Of a stretch of DNA of 64,000 nucleotides, positions 62,212 to 64,000 are shown piece by piece (positions within the stretch are counted from its first letter, which is position 1; the number at the start of each line of letters is the position of its first letter). Under the pieces are notes generated by a model. That model was not told where the DNA came from. It ran no database searches and saw only the letters and a program-made list of their open reading frames with translations. A program made the position numbers and the translations under genes. Source of the stretch: Eledone cirrhosa (Eukaryota); NCBI GenBank assembly GCA_964016885.1, contig OZ024743.1:374480001-374544000 (forward strand), read 5' to 3'.

Positions 62212-62937
62212 CTAACCGAATAACCCGCGCCTTGCTGCGTTTCACACCTTTTTTTTGTAAGAAAATGATGATTGATTTTAAATCAGTGATATCATTTATG
62301 GAGAAAAACTCTGCATTTCAATATTACTGAATGTAAAATGTAATGCATGAAAAATTGGAAACATTATTTTTTCATGTTTTGCAGCAAAGAGTTACGGCCC
62401 TTTATGGTCTGAGTTCAAATCCGGCCGAGGTTAACTTTGCCTTTCGTCCTTACGGGGTCGATAAAATAAAGTACCAGTGATGCACTGGGATAATTGCTGG
62501 CCTTGTGCCAAAAGTAGAAACAATTATTTTTTGTAAAATATCAAATCAAAATTACATTATTAGATCTTATTCTTATTTTGTTTCTTGTAAATAATTTTTT
62601 TTCGAAATATCACTTCAAAGCTTTTATGAATAGGCATCATATCTTTATATAAATCAAAAGGAAAACATCTTCAGCGAGGGTTTGTGGCCCCGGGGAATCC
62701 CGTGGTTTAAATTTCATATAAATCGAAGAGAAAATATTTTCAGCGGGGATGTTCAGTAGGGGTTTTTGGCCCCGGGGAACCCCTTGATTAAAATGAAATA
62801 TACTTATCCAAGTACTCTGGGCTAAGTAGTTTCAGAATATATATGGTTATGGGGGTCTATCTCCAAAACCATAGCAGGAGTTCGTGAACAAACAAACAAA
62901 CAGACAGAAACTACAACTTTATATATATATATATATG
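62212..62937 (-). mobile_element. Non-autonomous Helitron-like element with a nested SINE
   Basis: GC hairpin plus TTAG 3' end in (TA)n, and a 5' end tatatatataaagttgtagtttctgtctgtttg. Confidence 0.6.
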
Positions 62938-63129
62938 CTATTTTCTATACACTGAATTATTTTTGTATAAGTTCCCAGAGTCCACGCCTTGCGTGGAAAC
63001 TTAGCTGCGAATAGACTTCCCTGACGACGAAATGATTCTCTATATTTTCTTCGGAAAGTATATTTATTCCATTTCAGAAACTAATTAGTTGGGAGTGAAA
63101 TTTTAGTAAGTAAGTTAATTTTATAATTA

Positions 63130-64000
63130 GAAAAATCTTGGAAGAGATACCTTGACGACTGTTTCATCATCTGGACAGAATCTCTAGATACTCTGGATGA
63201 GTTCAATATCCTCCTGAATAACCTACACCCATCTCTCCAATTCACAAAAGAGATGAGTATGACCAAATTACCATTCCTAGATATAATGATAATCAAAAAC
63301 GACACCACCATTACCACGGATATATATTATAAACACACAGACACCCATCAATATCTGCATTTTAAGTCGTGCCATCCACCTCATACAAAACGCAACATCC
63401 CATACTGCCTAGCCAAAAGAATTTGTACCATTGTAGAAGATACGAATACCAGGTACAAACGCCTAGCAGAACTAAGAGAATTTTTGCTCAAACAAAAATA
63501 ACCATCTCTACTTATAGAAAATGGCATACAGCGGGCTATAAAAATACCTATACAACAACTTAGGACAACCCAAGGAAGAAGAAACCAAGAACTGGTCATA
63601 CCATTTATAATGACACACAACCCATGTCACCAGAATATCTTCAACACTGCCAAAGCAAACCTACCGATCATTGCTCAAAGTAATGAATTAAAAGGCTTAA
63701 TCACAGATCGATCTTTGACTCTTAGTAAAAGACAACCAAAAAATTTGAAGCAATTACTAACAAAAGGAAAGTTTGACCTTAACAACAAAGACCAATCATT
63801 CACTGTATCTAAATGCAATGATAGTCGATGCGGCACATGTCAATCCATACACGCCGGTCAATATATGAAAACAAAAACTAGAAAAATATTCCCAAATGCA
63901 AATATGAACTGCAAAAGCAGAGATCTAATTTACTGCATTAAATGCCCGAATTGTGAAGAACTATATGTCGGTCAAACTGGAAATGCACTATCGGAACGTG
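63130..64000 (+). pseudogene. PLE ORF (RT C-terminus, Cys-rich linker, GIY-YIG start), Neptune-like; runs off the window
   Basis: WKRYLDDCF, LPFLDI, YYKHTDTHQYLHFKSCHPPH, CNDSRCGTC, NCKSRDLIYCIKCPNC..LYVGQT. One in-frame stop at 63499. Confidence 0.9.

Overview
Eukaryotic, AT-rich, microsatellite-saturated DNA. It is most likely an octopus (coleoid cephalopod) genome, judged from my recognition of the tRNA-SINE families; no search was run. The only host-gene sequence I can support is two small + strand exons (12962-13026 and 53814-53881). They splice in frame to SEVIKNILLDYDNRISPHFDP-DVPTKVKVHMYVNSFDSIRESSM, the N-terminal extracellular part of a Cys-loop ligand-gated anion channel (GlyR/GluCl-like), across a ~40.8-kb intron. 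The rest is transposon-derived or simple repeat: one intact RTE-group LINE, one degraded RTE with short derivatives, a degraded Helitron plus two non-autonomous ones, two mariner relics, many SINEs, and several Penelope-like element (PLE) fragments. Most ORF-track entries are microsatellite artefacts. The most striking signal is more than 15 small elements from unrelated sequence families inserted in (TA)n. They carry minimal type I hammerhead ribozymes (HHR), often as fold-back palindromes. Many share a covarying bulged stem-loop (RCTC-[stem-loop]-2-nt bulge-GAGY) that starts 4-8 nt after the point where the inverted arm ends, a candidate RT recognition or internal-initiation signal. There is also a 427-bp terminally redundant, circularly permuted, retrozyme-like HHR element present in two copies.
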